Of a stretch of DNA of 64,000 nucleotides, positions 1 through 12,497 are shown in pieces; position 1 is the stretch's first letter; each line of letters begins with the position of its first letter. The position numbers were made by a program, and so were the translations under genes. The stretch spans positions 392,832,001-392,896,000 of the forward strand of contig OZ024741.1 of NCBI GenBank assembly GCA_964016885.1, written 5' to 3'. The notes beneath the pieces are model-generated. The model was not told the DNA's origin and did no database searches. It saw only the letters and a program-made list of their open reading frames with translations. Source of the DNA: Eledone cirrhosa (Eukaryota).

Positions 1-399
1 AGAAGGTATGGTGGTTGCGTCGGTAAAGTTACAAGCCGTTCCCTGGTGTTGGTTAATAGTTAGCCATGTGTTGCTGCTGCTGGATGGTACTTTGTGGTAG
101 CCGTTTTGAAATTTCCTCGTGGCGAAGTTTTTGAAATACTGCTAATTTTTTTTTTTTATATTCTAAAGAAAATTTGAATAATAAAAAAAATTATTTTCTA
201 TGAAAATTATTTGGTAATAAAATCCCAAGATGGCCGATTGAAAAATGCGTCAGTGATGAAGAAGCCGTCATGTGGCACGATGCAGCCAATCAGACGGCTG
301 GGATTGGAGAAGACAAGCTGTACGCGGGAAAACAAAATTTTTGAGTCTCCATTTGTAATTTCAACAGAACGCCGAAAGCAAAATTCCACATCCAGAGAA

Positions 400-437
<38 letters not shown>

Positions 438-874
438 CAAACTATGCTTGCAAGGCAAGTTGTTCTTAGTTGGTGGTCACCGTACTCATTTTATCAACTA
501 ATTGAAATATACCAAACCACCTCAACCGGATAGAAGACATCGTGTAATTTTCAATCCAAAAGGGAAATTTTTTGTTAGTCGTCGAAAAAACTCTTTTTTT
601 TGTGTTGTATTTTTGTGTTCGTCTGTATGCGTGAGTCACTTGTGTTACCATGAAAGTTATGGCAGAAACATTGTGCAGGCCGCGTGCTTCAACAAATGGA
701 ATATTATGAATTTTATGGACTTACGCTAAGTGAGTCTAGCTACCCGATTCGAACATTCCAAATGTTAAGCCACTCCACATAACCATTAAAACGAATGGCG
801 AATTCAAATAGGCTGCGTTTTCATACTTAATCGTCGATGGTCACCAATTTAGCAGAGAGTTATGTTTAGAGCGT

Positions 875-1307
875 TGTAATGTTGCCACGAGGAACCAGGT
901 TTGGTAGAAAGATATGATAGGAATATCGACAACGACTTTAGCTTGTTTTTACAAAGGTTATTTATTAACAAAGGTTAAGAAGTGAATTAAGTTGGCATGC
1001 CAAGAATAATGAAATAATCCAATTAAGATTACAAGAGAAAATACGGTCGACTGGCTGAGGCGTTTGGCCAGGTCCGTAGTAAAATTGTTGTGTCGTTACA
1101 TATTGTTTGTGCTTACGGAGCAAAAGAACAAGTGGTATTTACCTTAGCATGGTCAAGCTGCAAGTCAGTGATTTCTCAAATCTTCGCGGGCTATTTCTCC
1201 CTCAGAACACGTAGGGATACATCCTCTTCTCCTGGCGCTGATTGGCTGAGCTGAGCCAAATCACGCACAGAGAATGTATGTGAGCCCGCGGAATCTAGGT
1301 CACTACA
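875..1307 (-). mobile_element. Candidate solo LTR
   Basis: 433-bp segment bounded by TGTAATG...CACTACA (imperfect TG..CA inverted ends), with AATAAA on the minus strand (~960). No TSD and no second copy found. Confidence 0.25.
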
Positions 1308-1464
1308 GGTTAATTAGCCGAATAGAAGGGTTGTTAGCGAAATTGGGTTTGTGATCCTTCAGGGTAAAATGGGGAGAAATAGGGTTCAGAGGTTCGGTCT
1401 GGTCCTGGATGTTGAGTTCTGAAGTGATTTTAAACCCAGCATCGTTGATGTCATTAATGACTGT

Positions 1465-2298
<834 letters not shown>

Positions 2299-4266
2299 TA
2301 TAATAATAATAATGAAAATATTGTGTACAGTGCTCAGGTGCACTACAACTCATCAAAGGTGCATGTATAGTACATAGGGTAATGTACAAACATCAGGAAA
2401 ATGAACAGTGCATGAGTCATGATATACACATGTGTGCATGTGTATGGAAGGGGGACATCAGGTGCAGTTTTAGCGAATTTCGGGAAGCATGAGGGTATTA
2501 AAGGATGCAGTGTCTCGGCAGCTAACAACAGGCGCAGACAGTTTGTTCCGTGCTTCAGCAACTCTAAGCATGAAAAAATGTTTCTGAAAGTCATGGGAGT
2601 TGTGCTGTTTTCTGACTTTGTAGGCATGTCTACGTGTGTTAGACACATGGAGATCAAAAAGGTGCTCAGGGTTGTTGTTGGCGAGATGGTTAATAACTTT
2701 GTGGGTGTTTACCAAGTCCATTGCCAGACGTCGGGGCTTCAATGAATCCATGCCCAGGGAAGTAAGGCGTTCAGAGTATGGTAGGTGTCTGATGGAGGGT
2801 ATGCGCTTGGTTGCACGTCTCTGAACAGTTTCCAGGAGGTCAATGTTCTGAGCAAGATAGGGGTTCTAGACTGATGATGCGAATTCCAAGTGTGGTCGTA
2901 CCATAGCTGTATAGAGTTTTAAATAGATGGCTGGAGAGCGGCTAACAAAGGTCTTGCTGAGTGATGCCAAGACACCTTCGGCTTTCTTGACAATTTTAGA
3001 GATGTGCTTTGTCCAACGCAAATCGCTGCTGACAGTAATGCCCAGGTCACGTTCACAAGAAGACTCCTTGATATCAGTGTTGTGGAGGGAGTATGTGGAC
3101 GCTGGATTTTTCCTCCCAAAATGCATGGTGCTACACTTGTCCACAGCCAGCTTCAGTTGCCAGTCTGTGATCCATTGCTGCATTGTGTCCAGGTCTGATT
3201 GTAGGAAAGAGTTATATATTTCAGGATCAGTCCTTTTGATTTCAAGGTACAGCTTGATGTCATCTGCATATTTCAGTACCGTGGCATTCTTTAAGTTGGA
3301 ATCTATGTCATTAATGTATGCAACAAACAAAAGGGGACCAAGAACAGATCTCTGTGGTACACCACATGACATCTCATATGGTGAAGAATGCTGTCCTAGA
3401 ACCGTGACTACCTCTTTTCGTCTGATAATGAAGGATTTCAACCAGTTAAATAGATCATCCTTCACACTCATTGCAGAGAGTTTCGCCATAAGTCTTTTGT
3501 GTGGCACAGAATTAAAAGCCTTAGCGAAGTCAAGGTAAACAACATCCACCCATGAGCCGCTGTCAGTGATCCGGGTAATGTCTTCAAGGAACTCGATAAG
3601 CTGATCACAGCAGCTGGAGTTAGGGATAAATACAAATTGCGAGGGCCGGATGAGGCTGTGAGAGCTCCAGAAGTTCCAAAGTGTTTCTCTGACACAGGAT
3701 TCCATCAGTTTGGCAATACAGCTAGTAAGACTGACTGGACGATAGTTGACAGGTGACGTGTGGTCGCCCTTTTTGAACAGGGGAATGACACTGGCAGTTT
3801 TCCATTGCTCCGGAGTAGTACCATTGTTGAGACAGTATTGAAAGAAGAATGAAAGCTGGTGCAAAAGGAAATACCCACCACGTTTGAGAAGCAGGTATGT
3901 AACACCATCAAGACCAGGGGAGGCATAGTTGCGCTTATTCTTAAGGTGACGTCGCAACATTGCAGGTGTAAATTCCATAGTTGTTATGGAATTTGATGTT
4001 AGAGATGGTGGAGATGGTACATTCTGGTTTTCAACAGTAAAAATGCTTGCATAGCACTCAGCAATGAGTTCTGCGCATTCTTTGTGATCGTCAGTGACCT
4101 GGCTTGTGTGGGGATTGCGAAGAGGACCAACTGGAGAGTGAGGTCTCTGCTTTGAATGTACATATTTCCAGAACACCTTACTGTCAGGATTGGTTGTTAT
4201 GTACTGTTCAAATTCAAGCACTGCCTTTTTTGTCACTTGTTTGAGATGGTTGGAAGATTTATTCCG
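2299..4266 (-). mobile_element. 5'-truncated CR1-group LINE (RT and C-terminal part of ORF2), inactivated
   Basis: ORF 2866-4236 has SPGLDG, NYRPVSLTS, YLDFAKAFNSVPH, GVPQRSVLGPLLF, YADD, ERDLG and VRPHLEF motifs. A premature TAG at 2866 interrupts the SSVWNP motif, and the frame continues (NPYLAQNIDLLETVQRRATK). Short (TTA)n tail at ~2299-2312. Confidence 0.9.
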
Positions 4267-4267
4267 C

Positions 4268-4400
4268 TTTTTTTCTTTTTTTTCTTTTTTCTTTTTTTCT
4301 TTTTTCTTTTTTCTTTTTTCTTTTTTCTTTTTTCTTTTTTCTTTTTTCTTTTTTCTTTTTTCTTTTTTCTTTTTTCTTTTTTTTTTTCTTTTTTCTTTTT
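4268..4400. repeat. (TTTTTTC)n-type tract, probably the A-rich 3' tail of the adjacent CRE element
   Basis: Visible simple repeat lying directly downstream (minus strand) of the CRE 3' UTR. Confidence 0.75.
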
Positions 4401-6228
4401 GTGTGTATGTATATATTTAATTATGCTACAGTGTAATATCATAACTGTTTGTATAATAAACTAATGAAGCTTAATTAATTGAAATAAAAGAGAAGCTGAA
4501 TTGGTGCATTGCTCTCACGTTGTTAAGTTAGCAATGGTACATTTGACCTTTACTGTACACAATTGATAGGTTTATTTACAATAGTTTATAACTTTGCCTA
4601 TTAAGCCGTATACTCAGCAGATGGGATCCCACGTGCTGGCCTCCCCACAGCCCCGGCGGACAGGATGGAGAAGGCGTTTCCTCGGAGGATGGTAAGGGAG
4701 ATGCGCTGGAAGAGCCATTCCAGCTCGCGAGGCTCACACCTGCGACTGGCTAGCTTAGCGTCTATGGTGGTGAATAGGGAGGTAGGACACCAGAAATATC
4801 CACTGTCAAGGGCACGACCGCGAACCTGTTGGAGAGCGACTGGTACTTGGAGAGTTTGGCCTCCTCTGCCCGACGTTCAGCAATACCTGGGTTAGTCGCA
4901 GACTGCACCAGGTTGAGGCTGGGGAAAGTGTCGTTGCAAGTGGCATCCCAGACGAGGGGTTTGCCATCGTGGAACGGGAAGATGGTCATACCATCTGGCC
5001 TTTTGCTATCCCCTCGGTCCAGCCCAACCGGCTCGAGGTGGGAGGGGAAGCCTGCAGCGTCCAAGCCATACTTAATGACCTCGTTGAGGGCAACATGGCG
5101 TGTAAGGTGGCCGGCACCATAGCGACAGGAAAGCGGGTGGAGTCCGAAAGAGTCCACGGTGGATCTACAGTGACATTTATGTGGCTCGCGGATCCGGATT
5201 CCAAGCCGCAAGGAAACGCGGCAAAGCCAGCGAGATCGGAGACCGGAGGCCAAGTCCGCCATAACTGAAAGGTAAAGTGGCCTGTTGCCATCCAATGTCG
5301 TCAAACCTGACGTTGCATATCTCCTCAGCTGCCGCTCGGATACAAATTTCGAGGTCAGCGAGGAGGCGTGGCTGTAGTACGGAGCCCTGGGAAGGGTGTA
5401 GAGGAGCTTCGGCATGGCGAAGCAGTTCCCCAACAGGAAGAGGGCTGGGTGACCGTCGATCAAGCCCAGTTGGCTCGTGAGGGTCTGGAGTTGTTGGAGC
5501 CTAGACCTGATGTTGGATAACCGGCGAGTGGATCGGTGACCTAAGGATGAGGACATCCTCTTTGGGGGTCACCTGTACCTGGTGGAGAACGGACCACACG
5601 TCCAAGATGGAGGCTTCAAAGCTCTTAGCATCATAGCTTACATTCACCACCTCCGACTTGGACGAGTCGACCTGGAGGCCGATTCCCGCCAGGGCAGGAA
5701 CCATCGATTGAAGGTCATGGCAGACTGTCTCCATGGGTCCGCCCAGCGTAGCATCATCCAGGTACCAAACGTTGAGAGGGGCCGTGATACTCCGGGAAAT
5801 GTGGTCTATACCAAGGGAAAACAGGAGAGGGCCCAAAGGGTCGCCCTTTGGACCCCAGTGGCCGAAGGTATGATCGTGTCAGCAGCAAGAAGCATGCTCG
5901 GGGCTCCACATGACAAGTAGGCCAGCGAGTAAGTGGAGGGGGCTCGGCTGAGCCAGGCATTGAGCAGATGGTCTCGGTGTATGCAGTTAAAGGCATTCCT
6001 TGTGTCAAGCTTGACAATGAGGTGTCTGGAGACCCTGGATGCCGGTTCCGGCGGGCAGCTATTGAGGAACTGCCTGGTTGAATGTGCGCCCCCCTCACAG
6101 CCACCGGACACGCCGACACCCAGTTGCACCGGACTGAACTCCTCACCCAGTTCGGGTGATATGGACCTGCAGATCACCTTAGCAGCCAGCCTCCGGAATA
6201 CATTGCCCACAGCGATGGGGCGTATGCC
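4268..6228 (-). mobile_element. 5'-truncated CRE-clade non-LTR retrotransposon (RT plus restriction-like endonuclease), frameshifted
   Basis: Fragments RPIAVGNVFRRLAAK, QLGVG, D.RNAFN, GPLLFSL, WYLDD, then CHC..D..GLHPLSC, RH and RPDG...WDATC (ORFs 5806-6210, 5501-5836, 4762-5556). This motif set is typical of CRE/MoTeR-like elements. Confidence 0.85.
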
Positions 6229-6304
6229 AATTATTACTTTGATGATTTTAATAACCTGTCATTTTCGTTCAACTAATTTATTTACATTGGCGGGGGATTG
6301 GCAG

Positions 6305-6677
6305 TGTAGCGGTTGTCTCCCTTGTTTTGATTGGGATCTAGACGGGAAGTAGAACCCTTTCTGCAACTTCCGGTCAGAGCCCTATAAAACTAACAACTTT
6401 AAGCTCCCTAACTCTCATTGCCTTTTCGGCACCAGGTCAAGAGCCTCTCATTTTGGCTCTGCCATTCATTTGGCCAACAGGCGCCTGGCGTTAGCCAGGC
6501 GTCCTCTGCCAGCCGCGTTTGCCTGGCAATCAAAACGGTAACTACTAACTTTGTTTCATTCTAACATCTATTCCTATTGACATGTCAACTATACTATCTA
6601 CCATTGTTAATTAAATATTATACACACAAACCATGTCTCGTTTTGTTACATTCATACAACCCAGTATTCTCGCTATA
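6305..6677 (+). repeat. 5' LTR
   Basis: TGTAGCG...CGCTATA ends, TATA-like CCTATAAAA at ~6381, internal GGCGCCTGGC-GTTA-GCCAGGCGTC hairpin at ~6480-6503. Confidence 0.92.
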
Positions 6678-6678
6678 T

Positions 6679-6710
6679 TGGTAACCCTGACGTGATACGA
6701 ACACGCAGCC
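6679..6710 (+). promoter_or_regulatory. Primer binding site complementary to the tRNA-Trp 3' end
   Basis: TGGTAACCCTGACGTGATACGAACACGCAGCC, compared with the complement of metazoan tRNA-Trp recalled as TGGTGACCCCGACGTGATTTGAACACGCAACC. Confidence 0.85.
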
Positions 6711-8002
6711 GTTCATCGCTATAAGTGGTCACCCCCAAAAAAGAAAAAAATAGCACATCTGGTTTCGTGTGAGTAACATTACGAATACACAGTAAATTTA
6801 TCGACAAACTATGAAAATACTCAGTAAAAGAAACAAACGCACACACGCACATGTGGAATTCGCGTTCAGACAGACTTTTTTCTCTCACGCATCAACTAAC
6901 TGTCGCATTTCACGATATATATACATGTTTCTCGTTTCTTACAACGAACTCTTTCAAAACACACAAAAAAAAAAAAAAAAATTTGATATTCTTTAAAAAA
7001 ACATTTCAACAGGAACATTTATTTTCGATGAACCATTGCCTTTTTGTTCATCGTTTTCTTCATCGTTCAAGTTTTTTTTTCCCAAAGTTCACATCAATAA
7101 TTATGCTGAGTGAAGCCTTTCTTTTTCATCATTGTCACTTTCAAAATTGCACTATCATTTTCTCGCACGTTAGAAATATTATTTTTTTCAACCTTGTATT
7201 GGCACGTGTAGGCAGCACAAATTCTCGATTCACAGAGATGTCTCTACTCACAAACAGCCGCACGCCAGAGATAACATTTCTCACCAAGGATTCTTCAGCC
7301 TTAAGCTATATTCTTCTATTTGCCGGTTTATAAATTTACAATGTAAATTTGCCGTTGATAACCGCGCATTTATTGGGAATGCTTATTTCTCTGGTCGCTG
7401 GCCTCTTGACCCTTCCAGGTCAACGCATTCTCAACATCGACCATCAACTTCGGCTGCTATTTCTAGCACTTTGCGCAACTCATTTTTTCTAAAAAAAAAT
7501 TTTTACTGTGAATTTAAACACCGAATACGCTCACTCAGCGAGGCAACAGCAATATAACAGCAACAGCAATACATCAGCACAGCTTCACCAACAACCAGCA
7601 GAACGCCAGAGAATTTATTTTTGCAGCACTCTCCCTGTGAGAAGATCCATTCGGAGGTTGGAAATTTCACGATATACCACAGAACAGAAACCACCTGCAT
7701 TCATTCTCTGGAACACACTTTCTTTCCTGCTGTCATGTGATTGCACACCTGTGAACTATATTTTGTACATTTGAACTTTGAGCTCTTCTATTACTTTTAC
7801 TTTTTTACATTGTATCTTTGGGTGATGGATAGATGGATGTCCAGTCGTTCTCTGGCCAAGAGCGGTTGGCTACCTTGATATCTATCATTGATTTTTCCAA
7901 ACATTCTTTTGTCGTAATTTTCATGCCTGTTACAACATTCTCGCCAACTTGCTACATATTTTCATTTCGATTTTTATACACTAAAATTCTGGCGGGAGGT
8001 TA

Positions 8003-8375
8003 TGTAGCGGTTGTCTCCCTTGTTTTGATTGGGATCTAGACGGGAAGTAGAACCCTTTCTGCAACTTCCGGTCAGAGCCCTATAAAACTAACAACTTTAA
8101 GCTCCCTAACTCTCATTGCCTTTTCGGCACCAGGTCAAGAGCCTCTCATTTTGGCTCTGCCATTCATTTGGCCAACAGGCGCCTGGCGTTAGCCAGGCGT
8201 CCTCTGCCAGCCGCGTTTGCCTGGCAATCAAAACGGTAACTACTAACTTTGTTTCATTCTAACATCTATTCCTATTGACATGTCAACTATACTATCTACC
8301 ATTGTTAATTAAATATTATACACACAAACCATGTCTCGTTTTGTTACATTCATACAACCCAGTAATCTCGCTATA
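8003..8375 (+). repeat. 3' LTR
   Basis: Near-identical direct repeat of 6305-6677. Confidence 0.92.
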
Positions 8376-8552
8376 GCAGTATCGGTAGAGAGTCGGACGA
8401 CATGCTTTTCAGCATAGTTATGTCCCTTTATGGTCTGAGTTCAAATCCCGCCGGGGTTAACTTTGCCTTTCATCCTTACGGGGTCGATAAAATAAAGTAC
8501 CAGTAATGTACTGGGATAATTGCTGGCCTTGTGCCAAAAGTAGAAACAATTA
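8376..8552 (+). mobile_element. tRNA-derived SINE (family 1), body; the head at 6288-6304 was split off by the LTR insertion
   Basis: Joining GGCGGGGGATTGGCAG to TATCGGTAGAG recreates the head of the intact copy at 12217. B-box GAGTTCAAATCC and core GCCTTTCATCCTTACGGGGTCGATAAAATAAAGTACCAG present. Confidence 0.88.
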
Positions 8553-9050
8553 TTCTTGACTCTGGAGCCGAGAATCATTCGGTTTCCTAAATAGAATTTT
8601 AGTCTAATGACTTCATTTATACCATAAACGTGGTTTTGTCTTTGCGTTAAATTGTTCTCATCGCTCCACATAACGCAATTCATTGCAAGGGAACGTCTTC
8701 ACGAACCAAAGTATCGTCTTCCTGTTTTCCTTCGGTTGCAACGTTTTTCGAAATATTTACTTCTGCTTTCACAGATTCATTTTTTTTAGTTTCAGAAGAT
8801 CCCGTTAAGGGTGAAAGCAGCGATTCTTTGCAGCCTAAAGCAGCCTAATGGCAAATAATAAACAAATATCAAGACAAGAAAAGGAAAAAGAGGCGGTAAA
8901 AAGAATACAAAGGTGAGCTGTGCAAAGGTAGGAGAGGGGCGCAGTTGAGATATGCTGTCTAGCCAAGAGATTAGGGTTTCTCCACTCATTTCGTCTTCAT
9001 GTTGTAAATAGATAAGCGTGATGTCGAACTAGAATGTGTACAATGATGAA

Positions 9051-9251
9051 GGTGGATTGGCAATATCGGTATAGCATCGGACATGCTTTGCAGCATATAG
9101 TTAGTCCTTTTACGTTCCGAATTCAAATCCCATCTAGGTTAGCTTTGCATTTCATCTTTATGGGGTCGATAAAATAAAGTACCAGTAACGCACTGGGGTA
9201 GCCTTTCCCTCTCCCAAAATTGTTTGCCTTGTGCCTAAATCAGAAACCATT
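9051..9251 (+). mobile_element. tRNA-derived SINE (family 1)
   Basis: Same head, B-box and core as the copies at 8376, 12217 and 20049. Confidence 0.8.
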
Positions 9252-11024
9252 AAGAGGGAAGAGCCACGGAGATAGAGACACGGTAGTAAGGAAGAAGTAA
9301 ATGCCTTAAAATTAACGAGGCAGAGCGAAACAGAGTTAAATATGTGTGCACGCGAGAGTTAAATAAGAATAGTCACTATCAATTAAAGAAGAAAAAAGTG
9401 AACTGGGGAGAGAGATATGCATTGACAGTGCTGGGGGACAGCTGAACGGTACTTGCATTAAAATAAAATGAAATAATGTATAATATTCAATAGACAAAAG
9501 CAGGCAGCAGATATGAGGCTCTGTTTCTGTGTTTTTGTTTCGAATTATTGGGGGAAAGAAAAGTTAGTTTAATAACCGTATGCAGTTCTCATGCGAAATA
9601 TTTTTCCTTTAGTTAATAACACAACAATGCAGATTAGGAAGAAGTATAATTCTAATTATTCATAGGATATTTACAATACTTCAAGGAACATACACACATA
9701 CACATATCTACAATTTTAACTACGCTTGTGAACTGGTATTCCACGTATCTGTCGTGTATTTTTTTTATTGAATGACCTACGCAAAATTATCGATATTTTA
9801 CAAACGTGAACGTATATTTTCAACGCAATAGTTATATTTACTTAACATTTTTTTATTTTCTAATATTTTTATTTACAGAAGGAATATTTACAAAGGAATA
9901 AGAAAATGAAGAATAGAAGAAATAGAAAAGAAATAACATTTAACAAACGGTTACTCACTGTTCTATATGAACCACTTGGTTTTGTATCTAAAATGAACAT
10001 TCTTCAAATGAAATATAAAAGCAACGAGGTTAAACAGGTAAATTAAAAGTTTGAATATGTACCAGCCGTTACATGACTACGCCAGCTGTAATAGATCGGA
10101 GGAAACTCTTCATATATTTGCTATTATCATTATTCACACCAATCAAACCATTCTTCAAAATCATTCATCAGTTCACAGTAATTGTCTGAAAGACATGTTT
10201 TTAAATTATATATACGTATGTGTGTGTGCGCGCGCGCGCATGCATGTGTATAATTATGGGTGCATTCCTGATTGGTATCAGAAGATGTATATGTATCAGT
10301 AATTTGATACTCTTTTAAATAGAGTTTATTTTACATTATCAAATGGCCACAAAGAAGCTAACCTCTGTGACCCCATATAAAAGTTTACATTGTGAATGGG
10401 TTTTTGAGTCGCTAGTATGTCAGATTTTGACATATCAAAGGATCATCTGTTTGTTCTCAGGTCTCGGAGACAAAGGAAGAAATATCCATAAGTAGTCTTC
10501 TCCCAGAGTCAAAGAGGAGAGTTGCAGGGTTGATTCCTAGGAGTTAAGATGTAGTCCACTGCTTTAAACGGACCCTATGGGTCCCCCGTCTCTCGACCAA
10601 GCCAGCTAAATTCATCCCATCAACAGAAGTTTGGTAAATACATTTTTAATAAAACCCTTACAAGCTAACACACACACACATGATCTGGACAGAAAAGTCA
10701 GAAGATATGTTGTCTTGAATTATTTAAACTACATTTATTCATTGCTACGTTCTGTATGTAACGTATTTAGAGAGACTAAACATGTCAGCAGGGTTCTGCA
10801 GTCGTACAGAAAAGTTTTGTGTTAAATCGATATTAATAATAGATTTATTGAGTGGGGGAAAACAAATATTTATTGTTAATTAGGTTTTATTTCATGAAAG
10901 AACGATACAAAATTAAATCGTGAGTATTATTTTCTGTATTAGTAAGCAGCCAGGCGCTCTGTCGACTAATAGGTAATACAATCACCAGGGAAGCATATTA
11001 TAATACATATTTATTATTTTCTAA

Positions 11025-11283
11025 GTGGTTTCAGTCATTAGATTGCGGCAATACTAGAGCACCGCTTAAAAAGGATTTAGTTTATGATACTTATTTCATC
11101 GATCGTTACGGGATGAAATGTAGACGTAAGCACACACATGACACGCCACCACACAGTTTTTATCTAACGAATTTCACCCACAAGCCGTTGATGAACCCAG
11201 GATTATAGTATAAGACACTTACCCAAAGTGCCACATAATGGGACCACGTGGTTGTGAAGTAAACTCCTTAATCACACAGCTAT
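11025..11283 (-). mobile_element. Degraded tRNA-derived SINE (family 3, octopus-type)
   Basis: Minus strand begins GCTGTGTGATTAAG...ACCACGTGG...GGCACTTTGGGTAAGTGTCTT, resembling (from memory) an abundant Octopus CORE-type SINE. Confidence 0.6.
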
Positions 11284-11447
11284 ACATGTGTGTGTGTGCA
11301 GGCTATTTTCCAACTGTGAAGGATGCTAATCAATGAAGTACTCAATACGTTTCAAGATGCAAAACGGGTATATATATTAAGAGCATAGCCTGATTAGATG
11401 ATTCGCACATTGAAATACTTAAATGGAGTAGTTTTCCCGGTTTTCTA

Positions 11448-11753
11448 GCCGTGCGTGGTTAGGGTGTTTGGGTCACGATCGTAAGGCCATGAATTCGATT
11501 CCTGCATCAGGTGATCCGTTGTTACCTTGAGAAAGACACTTTATTTTACGTTGCTCCAGTCCACACAGATGGCAAAAAGTGAGTTGTGCCTGGGAGCCAG
11601 CCTTCTCACTTATTGTATCACGTTGAATCTGAGAACTACATGAAGGGTAAACGTGTCTATGGGATGTTCGGTTGCACATTAATTTCACGAACAGGCGTTC
11701 CGTAGATTGAATCAATTGGGATAGTCGTCGTCGGAGACGACGGAGATCCAACA

Positions 11754-11755
<2 letters not shown>
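11448..11755 (+). mobile_element. tRNA-derived SINE (family 2)
   Basis: A-box-like CGTGGTTAG, B-box-like TTCGATTCC, CORE-like CCTTGAGAAAGACACTTTATTT, ending in (TG)n. Related to 32030-32200 (minus strand). Confidence 0.7.
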
Positions 11756-11786
<31 letters not shown>

Positions 11787-11884
11787 TGTGTGTACATATT
11801 ACCAATGACACGGTATCCGACCATTAAAAGTACCAGTAATGCACTGGGTAATTGCTGGCCTTGTCTACTACAGACACAAGGTCA

Positions 11885-12072
11885 GCAATATTGGGGAGGG
11901 GAAAGTCAATTAAATCGACCCCAGTACATTACTGGTGCTTTATTTTATTGACCCTCGTAAGGATGAAAGGCAAAGCTAACCTCGGCGGGATTTGAACCCA
12001 TAACGTAAAGGGACGCAACTCTTTGTCACAAAACATTATCCGACGCCCTACCGACTATGCCAATCCACCGTT
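11885..12072 (-). mobile_element. tRNA-derived SINE (family 1), inverted
   Basis: Reverse complement of the family-1 head and core. Confidence 0.8.
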
Positions 12073-12216
12073 TACATTGCTCTCTGCGTCTGTAAACTCA
12101 CTTAAATAGGCTCATAGCTTAGTGTAATAAGTTGGTACTAATTTTAGTTTTATTTAAATTAGTAAGTGTATTTTGTGACGTGTGTTTTTAGCTAGTTTAG
12201 ATATATTATATTTAAA

Positions 12217-12395
12217 GGGCGGTGGATTGGCAGTATCGGTAGAGGGTCGGACGTCATGCTTTGACGCATAGAATTACGGCCCTTTCCATTCTGAGTTCAA
12301 ATCCCGCCGAGGTCAACTTTGCCTTTCATCCTTACGGGGTCGATAAAATAAAGTAACAGTAATACACTGGCCTTGTGCCAAAAGTAGAAACAATT
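12217..12395 (+). mobile_element. tRNA-derived SINE (family 1)
   Basis: GGCGGTGGATTGGCAGTATCGGTAGAG head, B-box and conserved core (resembles the Meta/MESC-type SINE domain). Confidence 0.85.
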
Positions 12396-12497
12396 ACATT
12401 TTATTGTTTGTTGAAGACAATTATGTGTGAAGACAATTATGTATACATATATATATATATATGTATACATGTGTATATATATATATATATATATATA

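Larger units (their letters stand above)
6305..8375 (+). mobile_element. Non-autonomous LTR retrotransposon (Gypsy, CsRn1-like signals), inserted into a SINE
   Basis: Two 373-bp LTRs (6305-6677, 8003-8375) with one mismatch seen. 4-bp TSD GCAG at 6301-6304 and 8376-8379. tRNA-Trp-type PBS at 6679. PPT-like GGCGGGAGG before the 3' LTR. The 1.3-kb interior has no recognisable gag/pol ORF. Confidence 0.92.

Noticed and set aside
9840-10045. Polypyrimidine tract plus AG (~9878) and a later GTAAAT donor suggesting an exon
   Set aside because: No open, recognisable coding frame; such signals are common in AT-rich DNA.
12217-12310. tRNA-like sequence with A and B boxes
   Set aside because: It is a SINE head continuing into a shared core, present in five or more copies; no acceptor stem evident.
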